A stretch of DNA of 64,000 nucleotides from a virus, in IMG/VR virus record IMGVR_UViG_3300050509_000438, positions 14,416 through 78,415 of that record, one strand, 5' to 3'. The first letter of the stretch is position 1. Each line of letters starts with the position of its first letter. Below are positions 1-10,044 of this stretch, in pieces. The notes below the pieces were generated by a model. That model saw only the letters and a list, made by a program, of their open reading frames with translations. It searched no databases and had not been told where the DNA came from. The position numbers and the translations under genes are program-made.

Positions 1-775
1 TACCTGGCGTGGTCTGATTGTAGCTGCCCTGTGCCCATGTTACAGCAATGGATATCACCGATGCATCATCAAGAGTACAGTTGACAGTAGAGGGCAGAGA
101 TGCCTGCACCGTGGCGAAAGCAGTATTGTAGGCGAAGGTACGCGATGTTTGTGCAGCGATCGCGGTAATATTCCGGTCGTCGCCAGGCCCGTCAACCACG
201 ACGATGTTGATCGCTGCGGTTACAGATCCCGGGTTGGCAACATGGTCTGGTAGCGTGAGTGTACCTGTAATCGGATAGGTAGCCTCAACATCCGGGTCGT
301 ATGATCCTTCATCCCATGTAACTTCCATCGCCACTACAGAGGCATCATCAAGTGTCACATTAACTGTTGACGGCAACGCGATGTCCTCAAAAGCGGTTGT
401 TACCGGCACGGTGATGTTTGCCTGAGCGGCAACCGAAACAACATCATGCACTTCTTCCTCAACCGTTACAAGGATTGTGGCCAGTACTCCAGCAGTATTG
501 GCGGTATCCGGGATAAGCTGGATCACACCTGTTATCGTGTGATCTGTTGGCGAAGCAGCATTATAGTCGTTCTGTTGCCAGAAGACATTCAGGTTGGCCG
601 TGCTGGCGTCATCGAAGGTTACTTCAACTGTGGATGGTAATGCCAGATTCTGATAAGGGGTGCCGAATGGAACAGATTGTGGGGTTTGGTCGGCAACAGT
701 TTCAATTTCCTTCGGTGGTCTTACATCCGGGAATGGGAGTGTTGAGGACGATATGCCGATGTCAATTCCAAACAT
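1..775 (-). CDS. Virion fibre/surface protein, N-terminal part (3-prime end runs off the left edge), tandem Ig-like repeats
   Basis: Own minus-strand translation from the ATG at 775-773 (MFGIDIGISSSTLPFPDV...) stays open to the window edge. At least 3 tandem copies of LPSTV-x-V/C-T-x-DDAS-x5-VTW-x3-SY...ITG (bacterial Ig-like, Big_4 style). Missing from the ORF track only because the stop lies outside the window. Confidence 0.6.
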   Translation of the reverse strand, partial: MFGIDIGISSSTLPFPDVRPPKEIETVADQTPQSVPFGTPYQNLALPSTVEVTFDDASTANLNVFWQQNDYNAASPTDHTITGVIQLIPDTANTAGVLATILVTVEEEVHDVVSVAAQANITVPVTTAFEDIALPSTVNVTLDDASVVAMEVTWDEGSYDPDVEATYPITGTLTLPDHVANPGSVTAAINIVVVDGPGDDRNITAIAAQTSRTFAYNTAFATVQASLPSTVNCTLDDASVISIAVTWAQGSYNQTTPG

Positions 776-780
776 TTACA

Positions 781-2814
781 TTATAGTAATGGCCCGTGAT
801 ATAGCGCAAATTTCTGTCCTAATTGTTCACTGCCGGTAGAAGATGGGTGTACCCCATCACCACCACGTTGAACATCTGCAGTCGTAAATTGTCCACCGTA
901 TAAGGTAGCAACTTCTTGCTGTGCTTCGACAATCTGTGGCTTATACAATGGAGCAGAGGCATATGCATAGTCGGTAAGAGCAACACATAATTTTGCATCA
1001 CTGGTATCAAACCCAGCATCCTCTACCTGATCTATCAGGTATTCCCACCATGCGATGAACTGTGACTTGTATGCTGCCTTGACAGCAGCAGCACCATTGG
1101 CATATTCCGGGTTATTGTCCCCCATATCACCAAGCCCCTGCATGAAGCACACTCCTTTGAAATTCACAGTTTTTCCCTGTGCCTCAAGGACATTAAGTCC
1201 CTGAATCAATGTTTGTACAGAAGTTCGCCCAATGCTGTTGTTGGCAACATTAAAGTTCAGGAACATAGATGCTCCTGACAGAGCCTTCTTCACCAGGAAT
1301 ATTTCATTATTGGCCAACGCGTTCATATCAAACCCGAACTTAAGCTCTGAAGAGAATCCATTCGGAACAGAGCCGCCGTTATTATTAGGCCAGTCAAGGT
1401 TCTCAAAACCAACTGATGAGTTTATATATATCATGGCTCCTAATGGTCCGACCAGTGATGGAGATGGGCTGGTGGAAGTATTCCCTCCAATCATTTCGGA
1501 CTGACCTGTCAACAGATAAACATTTGCTATCCCTGGAGCAGGTGGTAATTCTGAACCTGCATTATAGGTCAATCTTATCAATCCCTTACCACCATTACCA
1601 CCGCGTTGATTTGTAGCACTTGTGGTTCTAGCGCCACTCCCTGCCCCTCCGTAATCATTTCCGGCCGCACCAACACCAGATGAGCCCGCTGCGCCGGAGC
1701 CTCCATTTTCAGATGTAGCCGCTCCGCCTGGCGCGGATGTAGAGCCCGATCCAGCAGGAGCATCTCCACCATTGCCAGTGCTGCCAGCACCACCACCACC
1801 AGCCGCCGAACGCGATGATGCCTGAACTGTTGATCCATTACCACCTCTGTATTTTGTAGTGCCATTGCCATCAGCTATAGCCCCACCTAAGCCACTGGCT
1901 GTTGTAGTTCCCTTCTTCCCTCCTGCGGCTTTTACAACAGACCCATCTTCCCATGAAGTATCCTGGCCGTCAGTTCCATCAACGTTGGCGCCGCTTGGTA
2001 CAGGGCACGAAACAGCAGCGGCAACATGGTATGAACTTGAGCCTGAAATCGGTCTTGTCACAGTCCCCAATGAATATCCTCCTCCTCCTCCTCCCCATCC
2101 TCGTGCTGCTGCACCACCAACTCCAGAGCCAGCACCCCCTCCAGCCCAACATTCTACCTGCATTTCATCCACGCCAGCGAGCCAGTTGTATGTTCCATCA
2201 CCAGTAACCTCAAGAAGCTCAACAACGATCTGGGGTTGAACTTCAACATCGAGAGCGCCCTGTATAAAAAATGGATTGGTTATACCACCCGTCAGAGTGA
2301 TATCACCAAGAAGAGTCTGCACTCCTGCAGCATTAGGATCATAAGTGCCTTCTAGCCACGTTATAGCCAGTGATTGAACATTCCCATTGTTGAGGGTTGC
2401 GTTAAGGTTTGATGGTTTAGTTATAGCACTAAACAATGTTCCATAAGATACAGACACTGGAGTGGCCACTTGTATCGAAGCAATGTACAAAGCAATACTA
2501 TACGGATCAGAGGTTGCTGATGCGGATCCTTGAGCGTTCGTCGCCGTAACAGTAACACTGATATCAGTATCAACGTCTGTATTCGTCACAACGTAAGTGA
2601 TATTGGTAGCAAGAGGAATATCCACTCCGTCTCGTTTCCATTGATAAGTAAAGCTTGTCGGGTTGTTAGCCCACGACCCGTTGCTTGCGGTTAGCGTTCC
2701 GTTAACATCAAAAACGCCTGATATTGTTGGCGCCTGAATATTCGATGGGGGTCCTGCGGAGTTAGGTTGACTTGGGAAAATGCAGACTTGCGCGATGATT
2801 GTGTATTGCGTCAT
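781..2814 (-). CDS. Tail fibre / receptor-binding protein: Ig-like repeats + Gly-rich domain + C-terminal SGNH/sialate-O-acetylesterase-like domain
   Basis: 677-aa ORF. N-terminal repeats (YQWKRDGVDI...; LAITWLEGTYDP, the same repeat as gene 1-775). Central Gly-rich block (WAGGGAGSGVGG...GGGGGYS). The C-terminal third has LLTGQSEMIGG (GQSNM-like) and GDGVHPSSTG (D-x-x-H-like) esterase motifs. Confidence 0.55.
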   Translation of the reverse strand: MTQYTIIAQVCIFPSQPNSAGPPSNIQAPTISGVFDVNGTLTASNGSWANNPTSFTYQWKRDGVDIPLATNITYVVTNTDVDTDISVTVTATNAQGSASATSDPYSIALYIASIQVATPVSVSYGTLFSAITKPSNLNATLNNGNVQSLAITWLEGTYDPNAAGVQTLLGDITLTGGITNPFFIQGALDVEVQPQIVVELLEVTGDGTYNWLAGVDEMQVECWAGGGAGSGVGGAAARGWGGGGGGYSLGTVTRPISGSSSYHVAAAVSCPVPSGANVDGTDGQDTSWEDGSVVKAAGGKKGTTTASGLGGAIADGNGTTKYRGGNGSTVQASSRSAAGGGGAGSTGNGGDAPAGSGSTSAPGGAATSENGGSGAAGSSGVGAAGNDYGGAGSGARTTSATNQRGGNGGKGLIRLTYNAGSELPPAPGIANVYLLTGQSEMIGGNTSTSPSPSLVGPLGAMIYINSSVGFENLDWPNNNGGSVPNGFSSELKFGFDMNALANNEIFLVKKALSGASMFLNFNVANNSIGRTSVQTLIQGLNVLEAQGKTVNFKGVCFMQGLGDMGDNNPEYANGAAAVKAAYKSQFIAWWEYLIDQVEDAGFDTSDAKLCVALTDYAYASAPLYKPQIVEAQQEVATLYGGQFTTADVQRGGDGVHPSSTGSEQLGQKFALYHGPLL

Positions 2815-3191
2815 AAAATAGCTAGATATTTAATAGTGATGGCGCGCCCATTTCCAATCCTTGTCCAACTTAGTGTAAATCCGTCTGCGTCTAAAGATGA
2901 GATTATAGCCGAATGACCATCACCACCATTAGTTTGCACTTGAATTGACCTTGTGTGACTCTTGGTTGCTCTGGTTAAAAGCGTCGCCAGAAGATTGAGA
3001 TTGTTTATAAAATTGCAACCTAAGTTTATGCCATCATCCCATCCATCAGAATATGTGTTTGAATCACCATCATCAATAGCCGAAAACAAAACCATGATTG
3101 GTTTACCCCCTAGGCCGGTGATTGATTGTGAGCCTGAACCTGTTGCCGCTGCCCGTGTTGTGGACCCTGATATTTTTCTATGTATTCCCAT
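2811..3191 (-). CDS. Hypothetical protein (fibre-associated by position)
   Basis: 126-aa ORF that overlaps the downstream fibre gene start by 4 nt. No motif recognised. Confidence 0.5.
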   Translation of the reverse strand: MGIHRKISGSTTRAAATGSGSQSITGLGGKPIMVLFSAIDDGDSNTYSDGWDDGINLGCNFINNLNLLATLLTRATKSHTRSIQVQTNGGDGHSAIISSLDADGFTLSWTRIGNGRAITIKYLAIL

Positions 3192-3202
3192 AACGTTAAT
3201 AT

Positions 3203-6200
3203 TTACCTTATTGCAACATCAAACCAGCGACTACTTGTTGAATCATACTGAATGACCAATGAACCATTCGGAGCAATTGTAAGATTCCCACCAGTGGACG
3301 AGGTGATCCTGTTTGCCGCTGATGAAGCAGCATCTTCATTGGTCACCACAACATTGTTTGCCCCAACATTCCTGATCACAATTATCTTCCCATCAGAACC
3401 TCCGGTAAAGCCTGTTATGTTACGGCTGGCATCAGTACTTATACGAAACGAAGTTTGAGTACCAATGGCATAATCGTTCTGGTTAGACGTGATCTGAGAT
3501 TTCGTAGTTTGTCTTAACGCAAATCCTCCATTTACATCCAATGTTACATTCGGAGTGGCCGTTGCAAATCCGTTAAGTCCATCAATAGGAACGGACAGGA
3601 AAGGGTAATGAGTTAGTCCAGTAGTGTTTGTCAGAACCGGATTAATGTATACACCTCTGGCTGTGGTTGTGCCTCCTGTAAGATCTAAGGTATATCCAAC
3701 AGTCATCGCATTAATAATAGCTCCTGAATTAGCACTGTTTATAAACCCTGTTCGCAACCTAAGCATGTGACTTTCTGTAGCCGCCTGTGCAGACATATTC
3801 ACGTTCACGTTCACAATATCAAACTGGGCCGCTCCTGATGTGACAGTTACTCCTGGTATCTGGAAGTAATGAGTGCCTCCGCGGTATATCAGATGCGTGC
3901 CAGTAACTCCTACTGTTCCTGTTGTGCCGGGGGCAATGTATGTAGATGAGCCAGTGCCGAATCTTGACTCCCCTCCGTTATCCACTCTGAATATGGCCTG
4001 GTTGCTGCTATTGGCCACACGTAATCCTACATCTCCCGAACCTGCGTTGATATGCACAACCGTATTGGCTGTGATCGTATCACCAGAATTCTCAGTGAAC
4101 AGTACATTGCCAACAATCTTAGGAGTTGTAACTGTGCTGGTACCTGTAACCTGCCATCCAGTACTACTGGTTAAGATGCTGCTATCTACATGTGATGAAG
4201 TAATCTTTCCCCATGATGGTGCTGTGCTTACGCCACCAGAGATCAGCGCGTTTCCGGTAGCAACTCCAGCAAGTTTTGATAATGCTGTAGTCGTCGATGC
4301 ATATAGCAAATCCCCAACAGCATATACAGTTTGTCCAGTACCTCCGTGATCAGCAGCAATTGCAGTACCTGCCCAAGTACCGGTTGCAATTGTTCCTAAG
4401 GTTGTAATAGATGTTTGACCTACATACGTTGCAGCAATATCCAGCGTAATTGATCCAGTACCATTAGTAATTGATAGCCGGTCAGTAGTTGGCGTAAGCG
4501 TTGCTTTTGTCAGGGTATTGCCAGTCGTATTACCAATGAGTAGTTGTCCATTGGTATAAGAAGTGTTACCCGTTCCTCCGTTATCTACCTCAAGAGTTCC
4601 GGTCATCGTTATTGTACCAGTAGAAGTAACAGGACCGCCAACAAATGTCAATCCTGTCGACCCACCGGATACATCTATGGAAGTTACCCCGGAGATATTA
4701 GACCATACAGTGCCATTGCTGAATTTTACAGTATTGGTCGTAGTATCATAAACAAGCCCTCTCGCATGAGAAGAAGCCGTAGGCAATGATACTGTTGCAT
4801 ATCCTGCAAGCACGAATGGAGAGTCCACATAAACCTGATCAGCGGTGAACCTTATCTTACCAGCACCAGCAGTTGTTCCGGATATAAAAACACCCTGACT
4901 AAGATTTGTTCTCAATAGGATACCACCATCTGAACCAGAATCAGTTGCTGTTACACTGAAGAAATTCAGACGATCAGCACCCCCGCTATTCTGTCCAAAT
5001 ATAACTCCAAAAGATCCTGCGTTACCACCTATCTCTGTAGTACCGGTAAGCTGACCTCCCCAAATAATATCTGTTACCGGAGTATCATCAGCTGCAGATA
5101 ATCCATTGAATACGTTTATTTTTGCGCGCTGTGTGAGATCAATGCCATTGTTTTGAATTGTTTGATAGAAAGAGGATCCACCAATATCGGCAACAGCAAT
5201 CCATCTTACAGCATTACCAGAGTCGAGTGCAAGTATCTGTGTAACCGTATTATCTTCAGTGATGTCCAGAAGAAATAGGTTGCTAAGTCCTGAGAATGTG
5301 AAACTGTATGTGCCAGTGTTGCCATCGATGACAGTATCCATGCTCAGCGCGGTGCCGCCGAGGCCGATGAATCCAGGGTTTGTTTCACTCAACCCATTTT
5401 CAGGAACAAGTCCGCCACCACCACTGGTGCCAAGAGAACCAAAGCCAGTCCATGTGGTCGCATCCTGCTTGACAAATGTGGCTGCGGTGTTCTGGATGGA
5501 GATCGTATCGGACACTGAAACAAGAGTAAGTCCTGTGTCAGCGGCAAAGACAAGATTACCGGTTCCCTGCTTGATGAAGATCACTCCGAACCCAACATCT
5601 TCATCGGTAAGTGTAATGTCAACCTGCGCGGCACTGGTGCAATACACTACTTTGTTTCGATAGGTTGAGTCGATCGTAAGTGTCGTGCCAGCTTCAATCA
5701 CTATCTCATACGCCGGGAACAGTTCACCGGAAGACAAACTCAATCCATACAGAGCCTGAATTTCTTCAACAGGTCCCGCGGATGCTGTTGTGCGCGCCAG
5801 GATCCGGTTGGTGTTCATCGTCATCGAACTGATGCCGATGGTCCCAAATCCAATGCTTGTTCCTGATCGGCGCAGAATATCTCCATCGCTTGCCGCGGTG
5901 ATCGCAGCAGTTACACCAGATGAGTTTGCTGAACGACCAACCACAGACAACCCAGCAATATCCTGAAACTTAGCATACGTAACCGCAGCATTTGCGATGG
6001 TAGTGGCTACTGTGCCGGTACCTGTCCCGGTCACATCCCCGGTAAGTGTTACCGAGCTTACACCGCCAGATGCCGACAGGGTATGGGTAGCATGATCATA
6101 CGACAGATTGGTGCCGATCGTGATAAAAGCGATCGCGTTATCCGTGTCGTCCCATCCCCATAGCCGGTTCGCGCCAGGGTCGCTGAGACTGGATCCGGTA

Positions 6201-8086
6201 CCACCATCCGCAAGAGCCACATCTGTTCCTCCAACCCGGTAAATGTATGCCGTACCGATGGTGGTTGAGGTATGGATGTCGAAGGAAACTGTATTATTGG
6301 CGGTCAGTGTTGCCCACGTAACGTAGGCCGTACCGTCCACATCGTAGGCTTGCAGCAACAACGTGTTACCTGCGCTGGTTGATGTGCGCAACGCGGCACC
6401 TGTAGGATAAGTGGTGTTGTTGGAATCATCAAGGATCACTCCTGAATTCTGGATGGAGTCACCAGCGGCAAGGTTCCATCGAACAATGGCGTTGTCAGTT
6501 GAAGATACCGGGCCGCTCACATTGCCGGGTGAAGGAGGCGTCTGCCATGTCGGGTGTCCAGCGACAACGGTGAGCACCGATCCATCTGAACCAGGGCCAA
6601 CTTGCTGGGCTGTATCGCCGGGTCCACCGATGAAGATCGCGTGATACGTTAAACTGGCGGTAAGCTTACCATTAAGCTGGTCCTGGATATTCGCATTTGC
6701 GTTATCAAGGAAGTTGATCACAGTGGAATCAACAGTAAGTCCGGAAAGCAGGTTGATCTCTGTGGAGGTAGTCGATACATCCGTGACATCGGCCAGCACC
6801 AGCGTATGCCATTCAGTATTGTAATTGGTACCGTCGATCTTGCGGAGTACCTGATTGGTGCTGCCCCCGACAGGTAATCCATTGGCTGCGGATGAACCCC
6901 ACGATACAGATGTGCCATTTGTTGTGATCACCTGGCCCGCGGTACCAACTCCAAGATTGATCCAGTCCGTTCCATTATAAGTAAGCAGATCACCCTGTGC
7001 TACGCCGGTAAGGTTTACAACCAACCTCTCATCAAGAGATGCTTGAATGGAAGATGATACATCCAAGAAACCAAGAGTAGTTGTCGTGACGCCGCTCGCA
7101 ACTGGTATACCGTTCGCATCAGAAACAAGAACTCGGTTCGCAATGATCGATGTCGCATCTGTCATGACGCCAAGCGATGAATTAATCACAAGGCGATTTG
7201 CATTACCGGAAGCGATCTTACTTCTGGCTATCGCAGCAGCAGAATTAATATCAGCATTAACAATGGAATCATTGGTGATCGAGAACACACCGGCATTATC
7301 GAAAGTGACAACACCGGATGGAGTAACTGCAGTTGCTACATCTGCCAGATTGCCAACAAAGAACTTTCCGTTCTGAAGAGAATTCGAAAGCCTGTTGTTA
7401 AGCTGTATCTGTATGTTGGAGCTAATACCAGCGAGTTGATTGATGTCAACCGCAGCAACACCCGTCACGCCATCCATAATATTCAGTTCTGCAGCACTCG
7501 CCGTCAGATCTGTGATCTTACTTACAGTCAGCGTTGACCACTGTACATTGTATGAAGTGTTATCGATCTTGCTCAGGTATTGACCTGTGGTACCACCGGA
7601 CGGGATCCCATTCCCTACGACAGAGCTCCACACAAGACCAGCCGGTGTAGATGTAAGCACCTCGCCTGGATTCCCCATCTCGAGCGGCAAATAGATGATA
7701 CCGTTGGATTGCAGTAATGCACCCAATCCGCCCACCGGATAATTACCGGATATAGCCTGATTGAATTCAGTGGTTGTTAACGGGGTAGGAAGTGTTGACA
7801 GGGCATTGAGTCCAGAGGCGTCCCGAATCTGAAGAAGCAACGAATTGGCTACTGATGTATCAATGTTAACAGCTATTATTGCATCCCCATCATCGTTTAA
7901 AACAAGGGCATTGCTGAGTTCGTAGAACAGCGATGCACAATGGATAAGCTGATTTTCAAGAGCAGGCTGCTTAGGGCTGTTGCTATTGGCTGCCTCTACC
8001 GCTTCAAAACCTATCTCACCGATCCTGGCATAGGCATCGGAATAAATCGTGAAGGCATTTGGTATGAGTTGATACAGGTTTCCCAT
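3203..8086 (-). CDS. Giant tail fibre / structural protein (1627 aa)
   Basis: Uninterrupted 4.9-kb ORF with T/S/G/N/V-rich composition. Duplicated module (GQYLSKIDNTSYNVQWSTL..TDLTASAAELNIMDGVTG and NQVLRKIDGTNYNTEWHTL..TDVSTTSTEINLLSGLTV). Repeated GGTG motifs (ADGGTGSS, VDNGGTGNT, DHGGTGQT). Confidence 0.75.
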   Translation of the reverse strand: MGNLYQLIPNAFTIYSDAYARIGEIGFEAVEAANSNSPKQPALENQLIHCASLFYELSNALVLNDDGDAIIAVNIDTSVANSLLLQIRDASGLNALSTLPTPLTTTEFNQAISGNYPVGGLGALLQSNGIIYLPLEMGNPGEVLTSTPAGLVWSSVVGNGIPSGGTTGQYLSKIDNTSYNVQWSTLTVSKITDLTASAAELNIMDGVTGVAAVDINQLAGISSNIQIQLNNRLSNSLQNGKFFVGNLADVATAVTPSGVVTFDNAGVFSITNDSIVNADINSAAAIARSKIASGNANRLVINSSLGVMTDATSIIANRVLVSDANGIPVASGVTTTTLGFLDVSSSIQASLDERLVVNLTGVAQGDLLTYNGTDWINLGVGTAGQVITTNGTSVSWGSSAANGLPVGGSTNQVLRKIDGTNYNTEWHTLVLADVTDVSTTSTEINLLSGLTVDSTVINFLDNANANIQDQLNGKLTASLTYHAIFIGGPGDTAQQVGPGSDGSVLTVVAGHPTWQTPPSPGNVSGPVSSTDNAIVRWNLAAGDSIQNSGVILDDSNNTTYPTGAALRTSTSAGNTLLLQAYDVDGTAYVTWATLTANNTVSFDIHTSTTIGTAYIYRVGGTDVALADGGTGSSLSDPGANRLWGWDDTDNAIAFITIGTNLSYDHATHTLSASGGVSSVTLTGDVTGTGTGTVATTIANAAVTYAKFQDIAGLSVVGRSANSSGVTAAITAASDGDILRRSGTSIGFGTIGISSMTMNTNRILARTTASAGPVEEIQALYGLSLSSGELFPAYEIVIEAGTTLTIDSTYRNKVVYCTSAAQVDITLTDEDVGFGVIFIKQGTGNLVFAADTGLTLVSVSDTISIQNTAATFVKQDATTWTGFGSLGTSGGGGLVPENGLSETNPGFIGLGGTALSMDTVIDGNTGTYSFTFSGLSNLFLLDITEDNTVTQILALDSGNAVRWIAVADIGGSSFYQTIQNNGIDLTQRAKINVFNGLSAADDTPVTDIIWGGQLTGTTEIGGNAGSFGVIFGQNSGGADRLNFFSVTATDSGSDGGILLRTNLSQGVFISGTTAGAGKIRFTADQVYVDSPFVLAGYATVSLPTASSHARGLVYDTTTNTVKFSNGTVWSNISGVTSIDVSGGSTGLTFVGGPVTSTGTITMTGTLEVDNGGTGNTSYTNGQLLIGNTTGNTLTKATLTPTTDRLSITNGTGSITLDIAATYVGQTSITTLGTIATGTWAGTAIAADHGGTGQTVYAVGDLLYASTTTALSKLAGVATGNALISGGVSTAPSWGKITSSHVDSSILTSSTGWQVTGTSTVTTPKIVGNVLFTENSGDTITANTVVHINAGSGDVGLRVANSSNQAIFRVDNGGESRFGTGSSTYIAPGTTGTVGVTGTHLIYRGGTHYFQIPGVTVTSGAAQFDIVNVNVNMSAQAATESHMLRLRTGFINSANSGAIINAMTVGYTLDLTGGTTTARGVYINPVLTNTTGLTHYPFLSVPIDGLNGFATATPNVTLDVNGGFALRQTTKSQITSNQNDYAIGTQTSFRISTDASRNITGFTGGSDGKIIVIRNVGANNVVVTNEDAASSAANRITSSTGGNLTIAPNGSLVIQYDSTSSRWFDVAIR

Positions 8087-8087
8087 A

Positions 8088-8765
8088 TCAGCAGGTCGAG
8101 CAGGTTTGTTCTATTGAACGTATTATGGCCTCCATTTCCGTGTAGTTGCTATTGGCAAACTCAGCATCTGCTGCAAATAGCTTGGACATCAACAGCAAAG
8201 GGATTTTCAACTCATTCAAGTCTCCATTACAACCACACCCACATTTGTTTTTGAATTGCTCACCAACACATTCGGCAGAACGGATTTTAATGTAGAACGC
8301 CTGAATGAATACATCCACATTCGGATTATCAAGCAGCGTGCTCAGGTCTGTCACCTCTTCCCAATAAGTTGCATTTGGCGGTTGCACTCCGGTTATAGGG
8401 GCGATGCACTTATACACGAAGCCTCCATCATAGACGATGCTTGCATATTGAGTGATCACGTTCCCGCTTTGCTGTTGCTCAACATAGTTTGCTCCATTAT
8501 CATAAAGAGAAAACCGGCAGAGGATGCCTTCATAATATCCGTCGATCGGAGTGTTGACAGTGTATGTGAGCGTCGAGAGTACGTTGCCCTGGCTTGGATT
8601 GTCGAATGATCGCGCTCCTTGTGAATTGGTCTTGGACCACAGAAGATAGTTCGCTTTATCGCTGCGGACCGGATTTCCGCTGACTCCGTAATTGGAGGTG
8701 TCAGTAACGACACCTGTGGCGATGTCGACGTTTTGTAAGAATGATAAGCCGTCTACAAGGGCCAT
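8088..8765 (-). CDS. Hypothetical virion-module protein
   Basis: 225-aa ORF, 1 nt upstream of the giant fibre gene. Cys-rich C-terminus (CGCGCNGD). No family recognised. Confidence 0.55.
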   Translation of the reverse strand: MALVDGLSFLQNVDIATGVVTDTSNYGVSGNPVRSDKANYLLWSKTNSQGARSFDNPSQGNVLSTLTYTVNTPIDGYYEGILCRFSLYDNGANYVEQQQSGNVITQYASIVYDGGFVYKCIAPITGVQPPNATYWEEVTDLSTLLDNPNVDVFIQAFYIKIRSAECVGEQFKNKCGCGCNGDLNELKIPLLLMSKLFAADAEFANSNYTEMEAIIRSIEQTCSTC

Positions 8766-8767
8766 AG

Positions 8768-8804
8768 GCGTACCTTTGGGGTTATTGTTACTCCAAAGGT
8801 ACGC
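8768..8804. repeat. Perfect 12-bp inverted repeat (hairpin) carrying TACCTTTG boxes in both arms
   Basis: GCGTACCTTTGG (8768-8779) and CCAAAGGTACGC (8793-8804) with a 13-nt loop. It lies between the stop of 8835-9947 and the ATG at 8765. Confidence 0.6.
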
Positions 8805-8834
8805 TAAAATTAGAATAATTGCCTATCCGATTTC

Positions 8835-9947
8835 TTACCGTTCCCAGTAGTCCAGCATGTTTCTGATGGCATCATACATGGTAACGTTTTCGGGCTTGGT
8901 TAAGTGGTCAACAAAATCCATCACCGGATCATTACCGGCAAGCACATGATGTACAGGTTCCATGGTATATGGCACCCACCACTTCTTTTTGTCAGGATCA
9001 TACTCGATGATGCCAAAACTATCAGCCTCAAGAACCGTCATTTTAACTGCATGGCGAGTGTTCTTGCTGAGCGCAAAGAATCCACGCGGATTCTTGAATG
9101 CCCATCCACGGAGATCGCTTTTTATCAGCGCGAGATCACGTTGTTTATTGCCCTCCATTGTAGGAATCCCTGCGCTGGCGGCGTAAGCATTGATATCGTC
9201 AACCCTGGATAGCTTGCGAACCTCCGCTATCGCTTCTTCCTGAAGTTCTTCTTCTGCCAGCATAAAGGCAATAGATTTGTTGGTCTTAATGTCAATACGC
9301 TCAAAAGCCGGCACGATCGATTTATCGCGGTGCCGGTTGGACTTATTAAGCGGATGCAGTTCAAGCCATACATACAGAGGATACTGAGCTTCAACACTTA
9401 CGGTCTTCACACCATCAATGAATTCCACGGATTCAATGATGTCTTCGATGCTTTCCATGCCAGTCTTGCGATCTCGAATTTTTTCCTTTTTACCAGTCTT
9501 ATTCTGCCTGAGTTTTTGACGCTTTGATAAATCTGGTTCTCCGAAATCATAGATCATGTAGCTGCCCTCCAGATAAATGGGTTGTACATCAGCAAGTTGT
9601 TTGGTGGCCGGATTGATCTCATCTCCACCGATCACGCGATACTTTGCAATGGTCTTCCGTGTGATGGGTGGTAGGATCAGATCACTCAATCCCATGTCGA
9701 TAATACGCTTCTTCCTCTCCGGGGTGCCGAAGATGTCCCTTACCACAGCACCGCGATTCTTAGGATTATTCGGACTATAACGGTTCGTTGGATCTTGTGA
9801 TGATTTCCTTGGCCCATCTGCCAGTGGCTCCTCGGGTGCAGATTGATCAGCACCTGCGTCACCGCCTTCATTATCTTCTACCTCCGGATCAGGCGCGAAA
9901 GCACCTGGCTGCTCATCTAATCCCTTAGGATTTGTTGTTTTTGCCAT
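8835..9947 (-). CDS. Hypothetical protein (head-module neighbour)
   Basis: 370-aa ORF downstream of the capsid candidate and its terminator. Acidic/Pro-rich N-terminus. No motif recognised. Confidence 0.55.
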   Translation of the reverse strand: MAKTTNPKGLDEQPGAFAPDPEVEDNEGGDAGADQSAPEEPLADGPRKSSQDPTNRYSPNNPKNRGAVVRDIFGTPERKKRIIDMGLSDLILPPITRKTIAKYRVIGGDEINPATKQLADVQPIYLEGSYMIYDFGEPDLSKRQKLRQNKTGKKEKIRDRKTGMESIEDIIESVEFIDGVKTVSVEAQYPLYVWLELHPLNKSNRHRDKSIVPAFERIDIKTNKSIAFMLAEEELQEEAIAEVRKLSRVDDINAYAASAGIPTMEGNKQRDLALIKSDLRGWAFKNPRGFFALSKNTRHAVKMTVLEADSFGIIEYDPDKKKWWVPYTMEPVHHVLAGNDPVMDFVDHLTKPENVTMYDAIRNMLDYWER

Positions 9948-10000
9948 GTTGAAATATTTTGTGTTTAGAAATTCTTGTGAATATTTTTATGCGATATGGA

Positions 10001-10035
10001 GCCAAAAAATGGCAAGGTCATCCCTGCCATTTTTG
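10001..10035 (-). terminator. Rho-independent terminator after capsid gene
   Basis: Minus strand reads ATGGCAGGG-atga-CCTTGCCAT (10030-10009) followed by TTTTT (10008-10004), about 15 nt after the stop at 10045. Confidence 0.6.
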
Positions 10036-10044
10036 GTGTTCCGA

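Noticed and set aside
1859-2239. Pro-rich plus-strand ORFs inside the fibre gene
   Set aside because: They are antisense to the Gly-rich (GGN) block of 781-2814, so CCN codons arise automatically.
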